DNA of 64,000 nucleotides from assembly GCA_963727805.1 (NCBI GenBank), contig CAVSHF010000003.1:832001-896000 (forward strand), in the 5' to 3' direction. This DNA is from an uncultured Nitrospiraceae bacterium. GTDB lineage: Bacteria > Nitrospirota > Thermodesulfovibrionia > Thermodesulfovibrionales > Dissulfurispiraceae. A model generated the notes under the pieces. That model saw only the letters and a program-made list of their open reading frames with translations. It searched no databases and was not told the DNA's origin. Below, one piece after another: positions 31,745 to 42,164 of this stretch (positions are counted from its first letter, which is position 1; every line of letters begins with the position of its first letter). Both the position numbers and the translations under genes were made by a program.

Positions 31745-32107
31745 TTAGCTGCAATGAGAGCTAATCAACTCTGTAAATTCAGGTACGGATATGGGCTTGG
31801 CGATGTAATCTTTAAATCCAATCGATAGAAACTTCTCCCTGTCACCTTTCATTGCGTAGGATGTTAGCGCTTTGATCGGTATGTTCATGGTGGACGGCTC
31901 AGATTGCAATATCTTAGATGCCGTTATCCTGTCAACCTGCGGGATTTGAATGTCCATAATGATAAGATCAGGCAGGTATTCTATCGCGATTTTAATACAC
32001 TCGGCTCCATCGTACGCCCGCAATGTCTCGTAGCCTGTGGCCCTAAGAATGGCCTTAAAGAGCCTTTGGTTTGTTTCCTCATCATCTACGATTAGAATTC
32101 TTCTCAC
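31745..32107 (-). CDS. single-domain response regulator (DivK-like), possibly decaying paralog
   Basis: close paralog of 36154-36516 and 50261-50623. Confidence 0.82.
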   Translation of the reverse strand: MRRILIVDDEETNQRLFKAILRATGYETLRAYDGAECIKIAIEYLPDLIIMDIQIPQVDRITASKILQSEPSTMNIPIKALTSYAMKGDREKFLSIGFKDYIAKPISVPEFTELISSHCS

Positions 32108-32109
32108 TT

Positions 32110-32271
32110 CTATGTTCCTGAGCGCATAGGTATTACAAATATGAAATTGCTCCTTTTGCCTGCTTCGCTGTCGACCCTAATCCTTCCGCCACGAAGCTCA
32201 ACAAGCTTCTTGCATAAACTCAGGCCGAGACCGGTACTCTTGTATTTCCTTGTTAATCTCATATCAACCTG
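32110..32271 (-). pseudogene. C-terminal HATPase remnant of a duplicated histidine kinase
   Basis: [40 protein letters not shown] matches the 3' end of 36519-39317. Confidence 0.8.
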
Positions 32272-32332
32272 TGGGAACCTCTTATTTATATTTCAGTCCT
32301 ACGTGACTAATAGAAGAGCGTCTACTTGAAAA

Positions 32333-32581
32333 TTACCAAATGTAACTTGTTACGGTCTTGACGTCAAGGTTCATTATTACCGCAATCTCGTTGATATTCC
32401 AGCCTTTGTTTTTCAAAAGCTGGGCTTTACCGCGATGCGAAAGTGTAACTTTGTCTTCTTTAGTTTCAATTGGTGGTTGTGGGACTGGCATTTGAGCGTG
32501 TTGAGTCACATTGTGGTTGGCATCAGCTTGTTCCATTGTGTTATATTTTTGTGGCTCGATCCCAGAAATTAAAGATATCAT
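32333..32581 (-). CDS. small protein with C-terminal HTH-like segment
   Basis: AGGAGG RBS; EDKVTLS; GWNINEIAVIMNLDVKTV. Confidence 0.6.
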   Translation of the reverse strand: MISLISGIEPQKYNTMEQADANHNVTQHAQMPVPQPPIETKEDKVTLSHRGKAQLLKNKGWNINEIAVIMNLDVKTVTSYIW

Positions 32582-32633
32582 CGCTCCAACCTCCTTTCCG
32601 TTCACGCTCATAAGGTGTTGTCGACATTTATAT

Positions 32634-32651
32634 AAGCAAGAGACATGCCTA
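32634..32651 (-). promoter_or_regulatory. sigma54 (-24/-12) promoter
   Basis: minus strand TAGGCATGTCTCTTGCT, GG-N10-GC spacing. Confidence 0.65.
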
Positions 32652-32708
32652 ACAAAGATCTGTTGATTTTACAGAGGAATTAGCATGTGGATGAGATACG
32701 GAGGTCTC

Positions 32709-32739
32709 GCAAGTTGCAATAGTAGAGCAATTTGCAATA
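32709..32739. promoter_or_regulatory. candidate enhancer-binding-protein sites
   Basis: GCAAGTTGCAATA and GCAATTTGCAATA direct repeats 18 bp apart, upstream of the sigma54 promoter. Confidence 0.5.
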
Positions 32740-32812
32740 CTAAGAATTGTATTTAGCGGTGAATAGCATGAGGCTAAAGGTCGACTTAAACAGAGGTTGC
32801 AACCCCAGAGGA

Positions 32813-34174
32813 CTAGGCGTCCATTTGCTTAATCTTTCTGTGGAGGGTCGAGCAGTCGATCTGAAGAAGGGAGGCCGCTTCGGTCTTGTTGCCGGATGTG
32901 ACTTCCAGAGCTTTTTTAATCGCAATCTGTTCAAGTTCCTTGAGTTTCAGAGTCGGAAGCTTGCGCTGAAGGAGTGGCGAGTAGATTTTGCTTCCGTATC
33001 CGCCTCCCATGAGGAATTCAAGGTGCTCCGCCGTTATAACATCGCTTTCGGCGATGAGCACAGCGCGGCGCATGACATTCTTGAGTTCCCGAACATTGCC
33101 GGGCCATAAATGTCTCTTAAGTTGGTCGATCGCTTCACCCGAGATCTCCCGCATCGGCTTATTGAGCTCGGCAGCCACTTCGAGCATGAAGTTGCGGCTG
33201 AGATACGCTATATCATCGATCCTTTCCCTAAGCGGTGGTATGTCAATCGTGAACTCGCAGAGGCGGAAGAAGAGGTCTGACCTCAACTTATTTTCCTGCA
33301 TTGCCTTGCGGGCGTCAACATTTGTAGCCACAATTATACGAACATCTATTTCAACCGGCAGACGCGCCCCGATCGGAAAAATCTTCTTATCCTCCACGGC
33401 GTGCAAGAGTTTGCTCTGAGTATAAAGTGACACATTCTGGAGGTCATCGATCAGAATGGTTCCTCCAGCGGCAACTTCGAAAAATCCCTTTTTTTTATCG
33501 AGAGCTCCGGTAAATGCGCCCTTTTCGTGACCGAATAGTTCGCTTTCGACAAGCGTTTCAGGCATGCTGCCGACATCAACAGACACAAATGGGTTCAGCG
33601 AACGTTTGCTCATGTTATGAATCATGCGAGCAACCGTTGTCTTTCCAGTACCTGTTTCGCCCTGTATTATTATCGAAAAGTCCGTAAAAGCGACCTGTCT
33701 GATTTGCTCAATTACCTTTTTCATACCACTGCTGCTTCCGAGAAGGCTCTCAAGGGAGTTGTCGATAGCCGCATCCAGCTTCCTAAAGCCTCTGGAGAGC
33801 TTGCTCTTTTCCATCGCCCTGCTTATGATATTGGTGAGCGTGTCGAAATCGGGAGGTTTGACCATGAAATCATACGCGCCGATCTTGATTGCATTCACAG
33901 CATCCGAGACATCGGCATGAGCCGTTATTATTATAACCGGCATATCGCTGTCAAGGCTTTTCAGTTCACGTAGGGTTTCAAGCCCTCCCATCTTGGGCAT
34001 GCGCATATCGAGCAGCACTACCGAAGGCCTTTCCTTTGTGCACATCTCAAGAGCCTGCACTCCGTCATAAGCCTCTATCGTAGTCCAACCGTTCGATTCA
34101 ATGAGGGTCCTCATGATGACCCTCATTTTCCGATCGTCGTCTACGATAAGTATAGGATCTGGAGATGGATGCAT
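32813..34174 (-). CDS. sigma54-dependent response regulator (NtrC/AtoC family)
   Basis: REC; GETGTGK; ELFGHEKGAFTGA; WPGNVRELKN; Fis-type HTH. Confidence 0.94.
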   Translation of the reverse strand: MHPSPDPILIVDDDRKMRVIMRTLIESNGWTTIEAYDGVQALEMCTKERPSVVLLDMRMPKMGGLETLRELKSLDSDMPVIIITAHADVSDAVNAIKIGAYDFMVKPPDFDTLTNIISRAMEKSKLSRGFRKLDAAIDNSLESLLGSSSGMKKVIEQIRQVAFTDFSIIIQGETGTGKTTVARMIHNMSKRSLNPFVSVDVGSMPETLVESELFGHEKGAFTGALDKKKGFFEVAAGGTILIDDLQNVSLYTQSKLLHAVEDKKIFPIGARLPVEIDVRIIVATNVDARKAMQENKLRSDLFFRLCEFTIDIPPLRERIDDIAYLSRNFMLEVAAELNKPMREISGEAIDQLKRHLWPGNVRELKNVMRRAVLIAESDVITAEHLEFLMGGGYGSKIYSPLLQRKLPTLKLKELEQIAIKKALEVTSGNKTEAASLLQIDCSTLHRKIKQMDA

Positions 34175-34219
34175 GCGTTTAAATATACCATACGGTCTTT
34201 ATAAATACTACACTCCTAT

Positions 34220-35544
34220 CACTAGTGTCCGGTTAAGAATCATATAGATTCAATTGGTTACGATTTACCATAGCATTTAATGCTGTGCCATTTTCCTGAA
34301 ACGCTTGCTGCAAGGGCATTTTCTCGAAGATGGTGACCGATAGGATCTGTAACAACGTATAGAGCGAAACATCGAGATTGAGCCTTTTCTTGATGATAGC
34401 GATAAGAACATAAACGGAAACAGCGATCCAGATTTGGGATTTGACGGCATTTTCTGAAATGCCGTAGAAACGCTTTATGCGAAGATGTTGCTTGATCCAT
34501 TTGAAGAACAGTTCGATCTGCCAGCGGCTCTTGTATAGTGAGCATATGGTCAATGCTGGCAAGGTATGGTGATTGGTGAGAAACAGCAATGTTTTGCCGG
34601 ACTCCGCGTCTTTGAAACGGATGCGGCGCAGATGGCCCGGAAAGTGTCTGCTGCTGTAATAACCATTCATGGCGATGGTCTGATCGCAGATCACGCCTGT
34701 AGTTCGATCTGCAGAGGCGGAATAAAGTCTTCTGGCATTCAGATTGGATTTGGCTCGGGTAACAAAAAAGCTGCCGGCCTGATGCAGGACATACAGACGC
34801 TCGAAGTCGAGATATGCTCGATCCATCACATAGAAGGCCCCGGCTTCTGGAATAAGCAGGTCCAGAACATTGATATCGTGAAGCTTGCCATCGGAGATAT
34901 GAATAAAGCTTGGGATAGAACCCCTGAGGTCCATCAGCGTATGAACTTTTACGGCAGCCTTGGCAGTCCGAAAAGGAGCCCAAGGAAACATCGACAGGCA
35001 GAGGTCTATGGTCGTAGAATCCAGAGCGTAGGCGGTATTGGAGATATCCACACCGAAGCTCTCTCCGGCATAGAGCTTTCTTGCTTGACCGATCAGCCGT
35101 TGAGCGAAGTCTGCGTAAATGCGCCAATCGCGAGATTCGTTGGCATCGGCCAGGGTCGAGCGACTGACTGGTCCTCGAAGGCCCATGTGATAAAGTTTTG
35201 CAGCTTGAGCCGACAAACAGGCTTCGATATCGCGGAGACTCTCCCGATAAGTAAGTTGCGCAAAAGCCATTATTCGAAATTGCTCGGCACAACGAAGACA
35301 GCGCACACGATGGTCGCCGCTGTATTTCTGAACAATACGATGAAAAGTGCTCCACGGGAGAACGTCCATAATCTGAGCAAAAAGGGTCTTGCCTGTATTC
35401 ATTGGTGCCTCCGGAACAACATGTTCCGAAACCATCACTGATATGCAGATGCAATTTCAAATCGACACCACCTTTTTTGCTCAGATTGCGATTGTTAATC
35501 ATATGCTTATGGGCTGCTTATTCATTTTTAACCGGACACTAATG
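34220..35544 (-). mobile_element. IS4-family insertion sequence with 9-bp target duplication
   Basis: TIR CACTAGTGTCCGGTTAA / CATTAGTGTCCGGTTAA; flanking CACTCCTAT at 34211-34219 and 35545-35553. Confidence 0.95.
34233..35402 (-). CDS. IS4-family transposase
   Basis: RESLRDI, LDSTTI, MDRAY, YKSRWQIELFFK (YREK). Confidence 0.95.
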   Translation of the reverse strand: MNTGKTLFAQIMDVLPWSTFHRIVQKYSGDHRVRCLRCAEQFRIMAFAQLTYRESLRDIEACLSAQAAKLYHMGLRGPVSRSTLADANESRDWRIYADFAQRLIGQARKLYAGESFGVDISNTAYALDSTTIDLCLSMFPWAPFRTAKAAVKVHTLMDLRGSIPSFIHISDGKLHDINVLDLLIPEAGAFYVMDRAYLDFERLYVLHQAGSFFVTRAKSNLNARRLYSASADRTTGVICDQTIAMNGYYSSRHFPGHLRRIRFKDAESGKTLLFLTNHHTLPALTICSLYKSRWQIELFFKWIKQHLRIKRFYGISENAVKSQIWIAVSVYVLIAIIKKRLNLDVSLYTLLQILSVTIFEKMPLQQAFQENGTALNAMVNRNQLNLYDS

Positions 35545-35779
35545 CACTCCTATGGGTACTAAAGTTACTCACATAAAAATGTTAACGGCTGGAATTATTA
35601 TTAGGGAAAGGGGATTTGCCGGTACCCGTCTGCCCGACCACATGCCGTAGGTCTCGTGGTTGCCGCGCATTGGGAAGAAGCCTTATGCACTTGGTCAACT
35701 GAGATCCGCATATCGCCGGAAAGAGCAATTACCGCATTGCGATGGACAGGCGGGAATCAATCAGCAACCCTGCCAGACA

Positions 35780-36005
35780 GCATCTGCATACCCTTACTCC
35801 GCTGATGTCCGGAAGGAACAAGTCGAGGATAATAACATCTGGATCATAAAGTCTGGCCTTCTCGATGCCCGCCGCGTCGCTCGAAGCGGTCTCGCAGGCA
35901 TATCCGTAACTGGAGATATTGGCGGACATGATTCTTTTGCATCATGTCGTCTTCGATTATGAGGATCTTGGGTTGAGAAAGTTTTCCGGTTTCTTGTAAA
36001 AGCAT
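35780..36005 (-). pseudogene. frameshifted, truncated copy of the REC N-terminus of kinase 29627-31612
   Basis: MLLQETGKLSQPKILIIEDDMMQ / MSANISSYGYACETASS..DPDVIILD; DNA closely similar to about 31390-31612. Confidence 0.8.
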
Positions 36006-36153
36006 AGGTTGTTATGTTCCTTTTATTAAAAATACACCTGGATGTTGGGGCAAAAATATCAAAATTAAGTGTGGCTAAAGTTATAATCCCCGTGATCAGA
36101 CAAGCAAGCAAAGCGGTCATCAACTTTAACCGCCAAGGGTTGATACGATTCCC

Positions 36154-36516
36154 TCAGCTGCAATAAGAGTTAACCAACTCTACAAATTCAGGTATGGATA
36201 TTGGTTTGGCGATGTAATCTTTAAATCCAAGCGATAAGAACTTCTCCCTGTCGCCACTCATGGCGTAGGATGTTAGCGCTATGACAGGGATGTTTCTGGT
36301 TAACAGTTCAGACTGCAATATCTTAAATGCCTCTATCCCATCAATCTCTGGGACTTGAATGTCCATTAGGATAAGATCTGGCTGAGATTCCTTTGCAATT
36401 TTCACACCCTCGGCTCCGTCGTAGGCCTGTAATGTCTCGTATCCTTTTGCTTCAAGAATGGCTTGAAGTAACCTTTGGTTCGTTTCCTCATCATCTACGA
36501 TTAGAATTCTCCTCAC
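36154..36516 (-). CDS. single-domain response regulator (DivK-like)
   Basis: GTG start; ILIVDDE, LMDIQ, ALTSYAM, KP. Confidence 0.9.
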   Translation of the reverse strand: MRRILIVDDEETNQRLLQAILEAKGYETLQAYDGAEGVKIAKESQPDLILMDIQVPEIDGIEAFKILQSELLTRNIPVIALTSYAMSGDREKFLSLGFKDYIAKPISIPEFVELVNSYCS

Positions 36517-36518
36517 TG

Positions 36519-39317
36519 TTATGCTCCGGGGCGCATAGGTATTACAAATATGAAGTTGCTCCCTTTGCCTGCTTCGCTCTCGACCCAGATCCTCCCGCCG
36601 TGAAGCTCCACAATTCTTTTGCATAAACTCAGGCCCAGACCAGTACCCTTGTATTTTCTTGTTAATCTCGTATCAACCTGCTGAAATGGCTTGAAGAGTT
36701 TATTTTGATCTTCATGGGATATTCCCATTCCATTGTCACTGACGGAGTATTTCAAGAATTCCTTATCATCAGTCAAGGTCGCCCCTACATGAATTTCCCC
36801 GCCCTCGCGTGTGAATTTCACTGCATTGCCCAGAAGATTGAACAATACCTGTTTTATTTTCCTTTCGTCACCAATCATTGTATCCAAGCCCTGTGCAATT
36901 TCGAAGGTCATCTCAAGACTTTGCTTGAATGCCTTTTCCTTAAATAAGGCAATGCTGGTTTCAATAAGTCTTTCTATGTTGAACTCCTTAATCTCCAGCT
37001 CCATCTTGCCGGCTTCCACCTTTGACAAATCAAGAATGTCATTAACTAAGCTGAGCAGGTGTTGTCCACTCGTGAATATATCGGCAACGTACTCTTTCTG
37101 TTGATTCGTTAGCGGCCCGCCCATTCCGAGCGACATCAGCTCGGCAAAACCAATGACGGCATTCAGCGGTGTCCTAAATTCATGGCTCATGCTCGCTAAA
37201 AAATCAGACTTGGCTTCGTTGGCCGCTTCGGCCGCTTCCTTCATCACTTTCGCGTCCATAGCCTCCTTGAATTCCGTGATGTCTTCGGCAATTCCTGCGA
37301 TGCGGTAGGCATGCCCTCTCGAATCCTTCACCTGAAACCCTCGAGCATGTATCCATCGAATCGATCCATCAGGCTGTATTATTCTATATTCTAAGGTGAA
37401 GTTGGCTCGCCTCGCACCTTTAGTGATTATTCCCACAGCCTTTTTGCGATCATCGGGATGAATTCCATCAATAAAAGATTTCGGGTCTTCATAGAGAGAT
37501 TTGCATGTACGTCCCCATACCCTTTCATAAGCAGGACTGATATAAATTATCGTCTCCAAATCGGGAGAAACCATCCAAAAAACTTCATTTATATTTTCAG
37601 TCAACTGACGAAATATTTGTTCGCTCGCTTTAAGGGCGGTCTCTGCCTCATGTTGCCGTACTTTTCCATCAAGATTCTCCAAGGCAAAGGAGATGTCTGT
37701 GGCAGCTTCCTTAAGCAGAGCGATTTCCTTGTCCCGAAAAATGCCCGATTCACTGTCATAAACTGCAAAGGCACCGCAGACTTCTTGCTTAAAGTGAATT
37801 GGGAAGGCGGCAACCGCTCGAAGTCCATGTGACGCCGCGGCCTGATGCCAAGGCGCTGACAGCTTGCTATTCTGAAAATCGTTGAACATACAAGGTCTGT
37901 CCTCGCGTATGCACGTCCCGACGGGACCATGTCCTTGGGGCCTGTCGTCAGTATAGACCTTGATTTTGTCGAGATACTCTTGTCCGTCCCCGGCGCGCCC
38001 GACAGGCTTGACCTCATGGCTCTCACGGTCGTGCCAGCCGATCCACACCACCTTGAAGCCTGTATGTTCGGCTGTAGCGCTACAGATTTCTTGGAACAAT
38101 TCCTCGCGCGACTTGACGCGAACAACAGCCTTATTTATGCCACTCATAGTTGCGTAAAGCTTATTTAGTCGTTCTATTTCCTGTTCGTGTGCCTTACGCT
38201 CCGTGACATCCCGCATAACATGCACCGAATATAGGCACTTGCCTTTCACATCGAATTTGGGATACATCCACACACTAAAAGTCTTCCCTAGCGAATCTAT
38301 TACAATCTCTGTACTCTGGGGTTTACCAGAAATCGCCACATCGCTGCATAGTTCATGAGGGCCGTCAGTCTTTGGGAATATATCGTAATAGGGTCTACCG
38401 ACAAATTCGCCGTATGGCAGACCTGCCATTTCTTCATAGGCCCTGTTCGCCCTTATTATCTTGTGATCACTATCATGACTGAAAATGATATCTGAGATGG
38501 CATCAAAGGTGTCCTCCCATTCTTCTTTTGCCTTAATTATTATCTCCTCCGTCTTTTTGCGCTCTGTGATATCCCGGATGATGGCCCACATGCCGGAAGG
38601 GCGCCCGGCATCATCCTTGAGCAGAACCGTTCGGAGTTCGGCGGCAATTACGGTTCCATCCTTCCGCCAGTACTCCTTCCGGTATATATCCGAGTACCCA
38701 CGCGATAGTACCTGCTGATCTATAATCCGGGCCTCTAAGTCATGCCAGCGTTTGGGAGTGACATCGACATAGGTCAGATGGCACATCTCCTCTGCCGTAT
38801 ATCCGAGCATATCCAGGAAAACGCCATTGCAATCAATGATTCGACCGGACATGTCGACTTGGGCGAATGCGTCCATCATGCTTTTGTAGAGTTGCCGGTA
38901 TTTAGCCTCCGATTGGCGCAGTGTCTCTTCCGACTGTTTGCGCTCAATCGCATATTTAATTGAGCGCACGAGGAGGTTCTTGTCTATCTGCCCCTTGACA
39001 AGATAATCCTGGGCGCCATGCTGGATTGCGGCCAACGCCACTCGCTCGTCACTGTTTCCGGTAAGCACGACTATGGGCAAACGAGAAGCTTCCTGCCGCA
39101 TGGTGCGGAGCGTGGCCAGCCCATCGCTGTCGGGGAGATTGAGATCTAGAATAAGAATGTCAAACCGGTCCCCTCCGACACATTTGAGCGCCTCTGAAAG
39201 CCGTGCTACACACTCGACTTCGAACAGCGTAGGGCCATCCCTCGGCAACAGCTCTGCTATCAGGTCTGCGTCGCCAGGGTTATCCTCGACAAGCAGAACT
39301 CGCAACAGATCGCTCAT
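36519..39317 (-). CDS. hybrid histidine kinase, REC-PAS-PAS-GAF-PAS-HisKA-HATPase
   Basis: REC; repeated DITE PAS ends; [17 protein letters not shown]. Confidence 0.93.
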   Translation of the reverse strand: MSDLLRVLLVEDNPGDADLIAELLPRDGPTLFEVECVARLSEALKCVGGDRFDILILDLNLPDSDGLATLRTMRQEASRLPIVVLTGNSDERVALAAIQHGAQDYLVKGQIDKNLLVRSIKYAIERKQSEETLRQSEAKYRQLYKSMMDAFAQVDMSGRIIDCNGVFLDMLGYTAEEMCHLTYVDVTPKRWHDLEARIIDQQVLSRGYSDIYRKEYWRKDGTVIAAELRTVLLKDDAGRPSGMWAIIRDITERKKTEEIIIKAKEEWEDTFDAISDIIFSHDSDHKIIRANRAYEEMAGLPYGEFVGRPYYDIFPKTDGPHELCSDVAISGKPQSTEIVIDSLGKTFSVWMYPKFDVKGKCLYSVHVMRDVTERKAHEQEIERLNKLYATMSGINKAVVRVKSREELFQEICSATAEHTGFKVVWIGWHDRESHEVKPVGRAGDGQEYLDKIKVYTDDRPQGHGPVGTCIREDRPCMFNDFQNSKLSAPWHQAAASHGLRAVAAFPIHFKQEVCGAFAVYDSESGIFRDKEIALLKEAATDISFALENLDGKVRQHEAETALKASEQIFRQLTENINEVFWMVSPDLETIIYISPAYERVWGRTCKSLYEDPKSFIDGIHPDDRKKAVGIITKGARRANFTLEYRIIQPDGSIRWIHARGFQVKDSRGHAYRIAGIAEDITEFKEAMDAKVMKEAAEAANEAKSDFLASMSHEFRTPLNAVIGFAELMSLGMGGPLTNQQKEYVADIFTSGQHLLSLVNDILDLSKVEAGKMELEIKEFNIERLIETSIALFKEKAFKQSLEMTFEIAQGLDTMIGDERKIKQVLFNLLGNAVKFTREGGEIHVGATLTDDKEFLKYSVSDNGMGISHEDQNKLFKPFQQVDTRLTRKYKGTGLGLSLCKRIVELHGGRIWVESEAGKGSNFIFVIPMRPGA

Positions 39318-39772
39318 TTCTTTGCTCCGTTAGGAGGCAAAACAACAATACTCAGCCAGAAGTCCTCGATCGACCTTACCACATTCAGAAACTGGTTCAG
39401 GTCAATGGGTTTTGTGATGTAACAATTGCAATGCAGATTATAGCTTTTGATGACGTCTTCCTCTGACCGTGAAGTGGTGAGTATGACCACAGGTATTCGC
39501 CTGAGGTCATCGTCTGCCTTGATTTCGGCCAGTACCTGCTTGCCGTCCTTTTTGGGAATGTTCAGATCGAGCAGAATCAGGTCGGGTCGTGACACTTTGG
39601 CATACAATCCATCCTGGCGAAGATACGCCATGGCCTTTTCGCCATCGTCAACGACATTCAGTATGTTGTTGAACTTACTCCCCTCCAGGGCTTCGCGCGC
39701 CAGGTCCGCATCACCCGGGTTGTCCTCCACCAGGAGGATTTCGATAGGCTTGACCAGTCGATGGTTGCTCAT
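39314..39772 (-). CDS. response regulator (Rcp1-like)
   Basis: [21 protein letters not shown]. Confidence 0.92.
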   Translation of the reverse strand: MSNHRLVKPIEILLVEDNPGDADLAREALEGSKFNNILNVVDDGEKAMAYLRQDGLYAKVSRPDLILLDLNIPKKDGKQVLAEIKADDDLRRIPVVILTTSRSEEDVIKSYNLHCNCYITKPIDLNQFLNVVRSIEDFWLSIVVLPPNGAKK

Positions 39773-39787
39773 TAATGTTCTCTCCTT

Positions 39788-42154
39788 TCATTTGAGCAAA
39801 GTAAAATAGAACGTGGACCCCTTGCCGGGTTCGGACTCGTACCATATCCTGCCGCCGTGGTGCTCCACGATTCGTTTGCAGATCGCAAGCCCGATGCCGG
39901 TCCCCGGGTATTCCTGCTTGGTGTGCAAGCGCTGGAAAATAACGAACACCTTATCGGCATACTTCTCGTCGATGCCAATGCCGTTGTCATGCACTGAGAA
40001 GCGCCACTCGCTGCCGAGATCGCGGGCCGAAACATGGATGCGCGGCAAATCGGCACAACGGAATTTGATGGCATTACCAATCAGGTTTTGAAACAGCTGG
40101 CTCAATTGGGTCGCGTCGGCGCGCACCATAGGCAAATCGTCGTTGATGACGATGGCCCGATTCTCCTTGATGGTGGCAGACAGGTTTTGCAGTGCCGCTC
40201 CGAGCACCGAGTACGAGTCAATCGTTTCGAAGGGTTTCCTCTGCGTGTTCACGCGTGAGTACGTCAGCAGGTCGTTGATGAGCCCCTGCATGCGCACTGC
40301 GCCGTCCACAGCGTAGTCGATATACTTCTTTGCCTTCTCGTCGAACTGGTCCTCGTAACGCTGGGCAAGAAGCTGCGTATAACTCGATATCATCCTGAGC
40401 GGTTCCTGTAAATCATGCGAGGCAACGTAGGCGAACTGTTCAAGTTCCTTGTTGGAGCGTTCCAGGTCAGCCAGAACACTCATAAGTCTCTCCTCCGCCT
40501 GCTTCAGCACAGAGATATCGGTATTGGTGCCGAACCACCGGAGAACCTGGCCAGCCGAATCCTTCAATGGTAGCACCCGCGTCAGGAAGGTGCGGAATAC
40601 CCCGTCGGCTCCAAGCAGCGGGAATTCCATGTCAAACGGCTCGCCAGTGACAATCGACATCTTCCACCGCTCTAGGACCTGTGGCAGCATCTTTGGATCA
40701 TGTACGCTTTGCCAGCCCCAGCCTTCCATCTGCTCCGGTGTCGTGCCAGTATACTCATACCAGCGCTGGTTATACCATGTGATATAGCCATCTCCGTTTG
40801 CCCACCACGCAAGGTTGGGGATGGAATCAGCCAAACTGCGAAACTGCTCCCCGCTCCTCAGCAGCGCCTCTTCGGCCCGCTTGCGCTCGACGATCTCCCA
40901 GGCTACATCGGCCAGATAAGTGACCTGATTGACATCCTGTTCAGTGTACTCATGCGGCTTATTCCCCACGCCGAGGATGGCCACGATACGTTCGCCACGA
41001 AGAATCGGGACGACAAGTTCGCGGATCACATATACATGCCCTTCGGGCAGCCCTTTTCGGTGGGGGAGGGAGGCGTAATCGTTGTGGATCACCGGTTTGC
41101 GCTGTCGGACGCAATCGACCCAGACACCAGCCTTGTCCATGCTGTAATGAATTCCTTTCCCTTCGGCCTTGCAGAACCGCTCGAGCGTCAACGTAGACCA
41201 TGCTTGCAGCGAGAGGGTGTTCTGGTCGGGTTCGACGAAATGATAGAAGCCGATGGGGCTATCAACAAGTCGTCCAACCTCATCCAGGGTTTTGCGGAGC
41301 AGTTCCTCCAGAGTGTGCTTTATGGCATACTCAAACAGCATCATCCGGACCTGTATAAGTTCTTCCGTACGCTTGCGCCGCTCGATTTCCTTCTCCAAAT
41401 GGTCCACGGAGGTATACGATAGCTTCAGTTTGGCCGCCATTTCATTGCTCGCCAGGGCAAGACCGGAAAGCTCATCATCTCCCTCCACACTAATACAATA
41501 ATCAAGATCACCGGCCCCGATGATATCGACCCCTTTGCTAAGCGCCGCAATTCGTTCCGACAATATCCTATTGACAAAGACTGAATTTATAATGATCGCA
41601 ACAACACCGCAAATAATTGTAAGGATAATCGCAAGAAGCTCTCTGTCCTGCGCGGTTGTCCTTTTTCTTAGGGCTAATTCATGCAGCCTGCCGATGTTGT
41701 CACTCAAGGAATAAGCCTTCAGAAATACCTGCCCGATCAGCCTCGACTCGGCCTCGTTAAAATCAAAACCAATCTTTGCGACTCGTCCCTCTGTCTTATC
41801 CTTCTCCATAAATTGGCGAAATGAAGACAACGTGGCGTCAAAATCTTTCCGCGTGTCTACCAGCAAGGCTTTGTCCTCACTGCTTGTAAGTTGTTTAGAG
41901 GCAGTTTCAAATAATTCTCTGAGAATCTCGGACTTTGCATACCACTGGATTCTCGCACGCTCTTCCTGATATAGAAGATAATCATCCCTCAGCGCGATTC
42001 TATCAAAAGCAACTATCCTCATTTGTTCGACCAGATCTATGTCCCGGTTTGACTTTGAAAGCTCCCGAAACGACCATGCAATCGAAAGCAGTACCAGGGC
42101 AAGGACACCCATGGAAATGTAGGTGTTGAGTCTCAGCCTCGTCTTGATCTTCAT
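39788..42154 (-). CDS. membrane histidine kinase, HAMP-GAF-PAS-HisKA (Cph1-type transmitter)
   Basis: two TM; HAMP; GAF; PAS; SHDLQEPLR; GTGIGL. Confidence 0.92.
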   Translation of the reverse strand: MKIKTRLRLNTYISMGVLALVLLSIAWSFRELSKSNRDIDLVEQMRIVAFDRIALRDDYLLYQEERARIQWYAKSEILRELFETASKQLTSSEDKALLVDTRKDFDATLSSFRQFMEKDKTEGRVAKIGFDFNEAESRLIGQVFLKAYSLSDNIGRLHELALRKRTTAQDRELLAIILTIICGVVAIIINSVFVNRILSERIAALSKGVDIIGAGDLDYCISVEGDDELSGLALASNEMAAKLKLSYTSVDHLEKEIERRKRTEELIQVRMMLFEYAIKHTLEELLRKTLDEVGRLVDSPIGFYHFVEPDQNTLSLQAWSTLTLERFCKAEGKGIHYSMDKAGVWVDCVRQRKPVIHNDYASLPHRKGLPEGHVYVIRELVVPILRGERIVAILGVGNKPHEYTEQDVNQVTYLADVAWEIVERKRAEEALLRSGEQFRSLADSIPNLAWWANGDGYITWYNQRWYEYTGTTPEQMEGWGWQSVHDPKMLPQVLERWKMSIVTGEPFDMEFPLLGADGVFRTFLTRVLPLKDSAGQVLRWFGTNTDISVLKQAEERLMSVLADLERSNKELEQFAYVASHDLQEPLRMISSYTQLLAQRYEDQFDEKAKKYIDYAVDGAVRMQGLINDLLTYSRVNTQRKPFETIDSYSVLGAALQNLSATIKENRAIVINDDLPMVRADATQLSQLFQNLIGNAIKFRCADLPRIHVSARDLGSEWRFSVHDNGIGIDEKYADKVFVIFQRLHTKQEYPGTGIGLAICKRIVEHHGGRIWYESEPGKGSTFYFTLLK

Positions 42155-42164
42155 GACTCTACCA

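Noticed and set aside
34258..35502. 414-aa same-strand and 291-aa antisense ORFs overlapping the IS4 transposase
   Set aside because: No recognisable motifs, Ser/Arg-rich off-frame composition; treated as shadow ORFs
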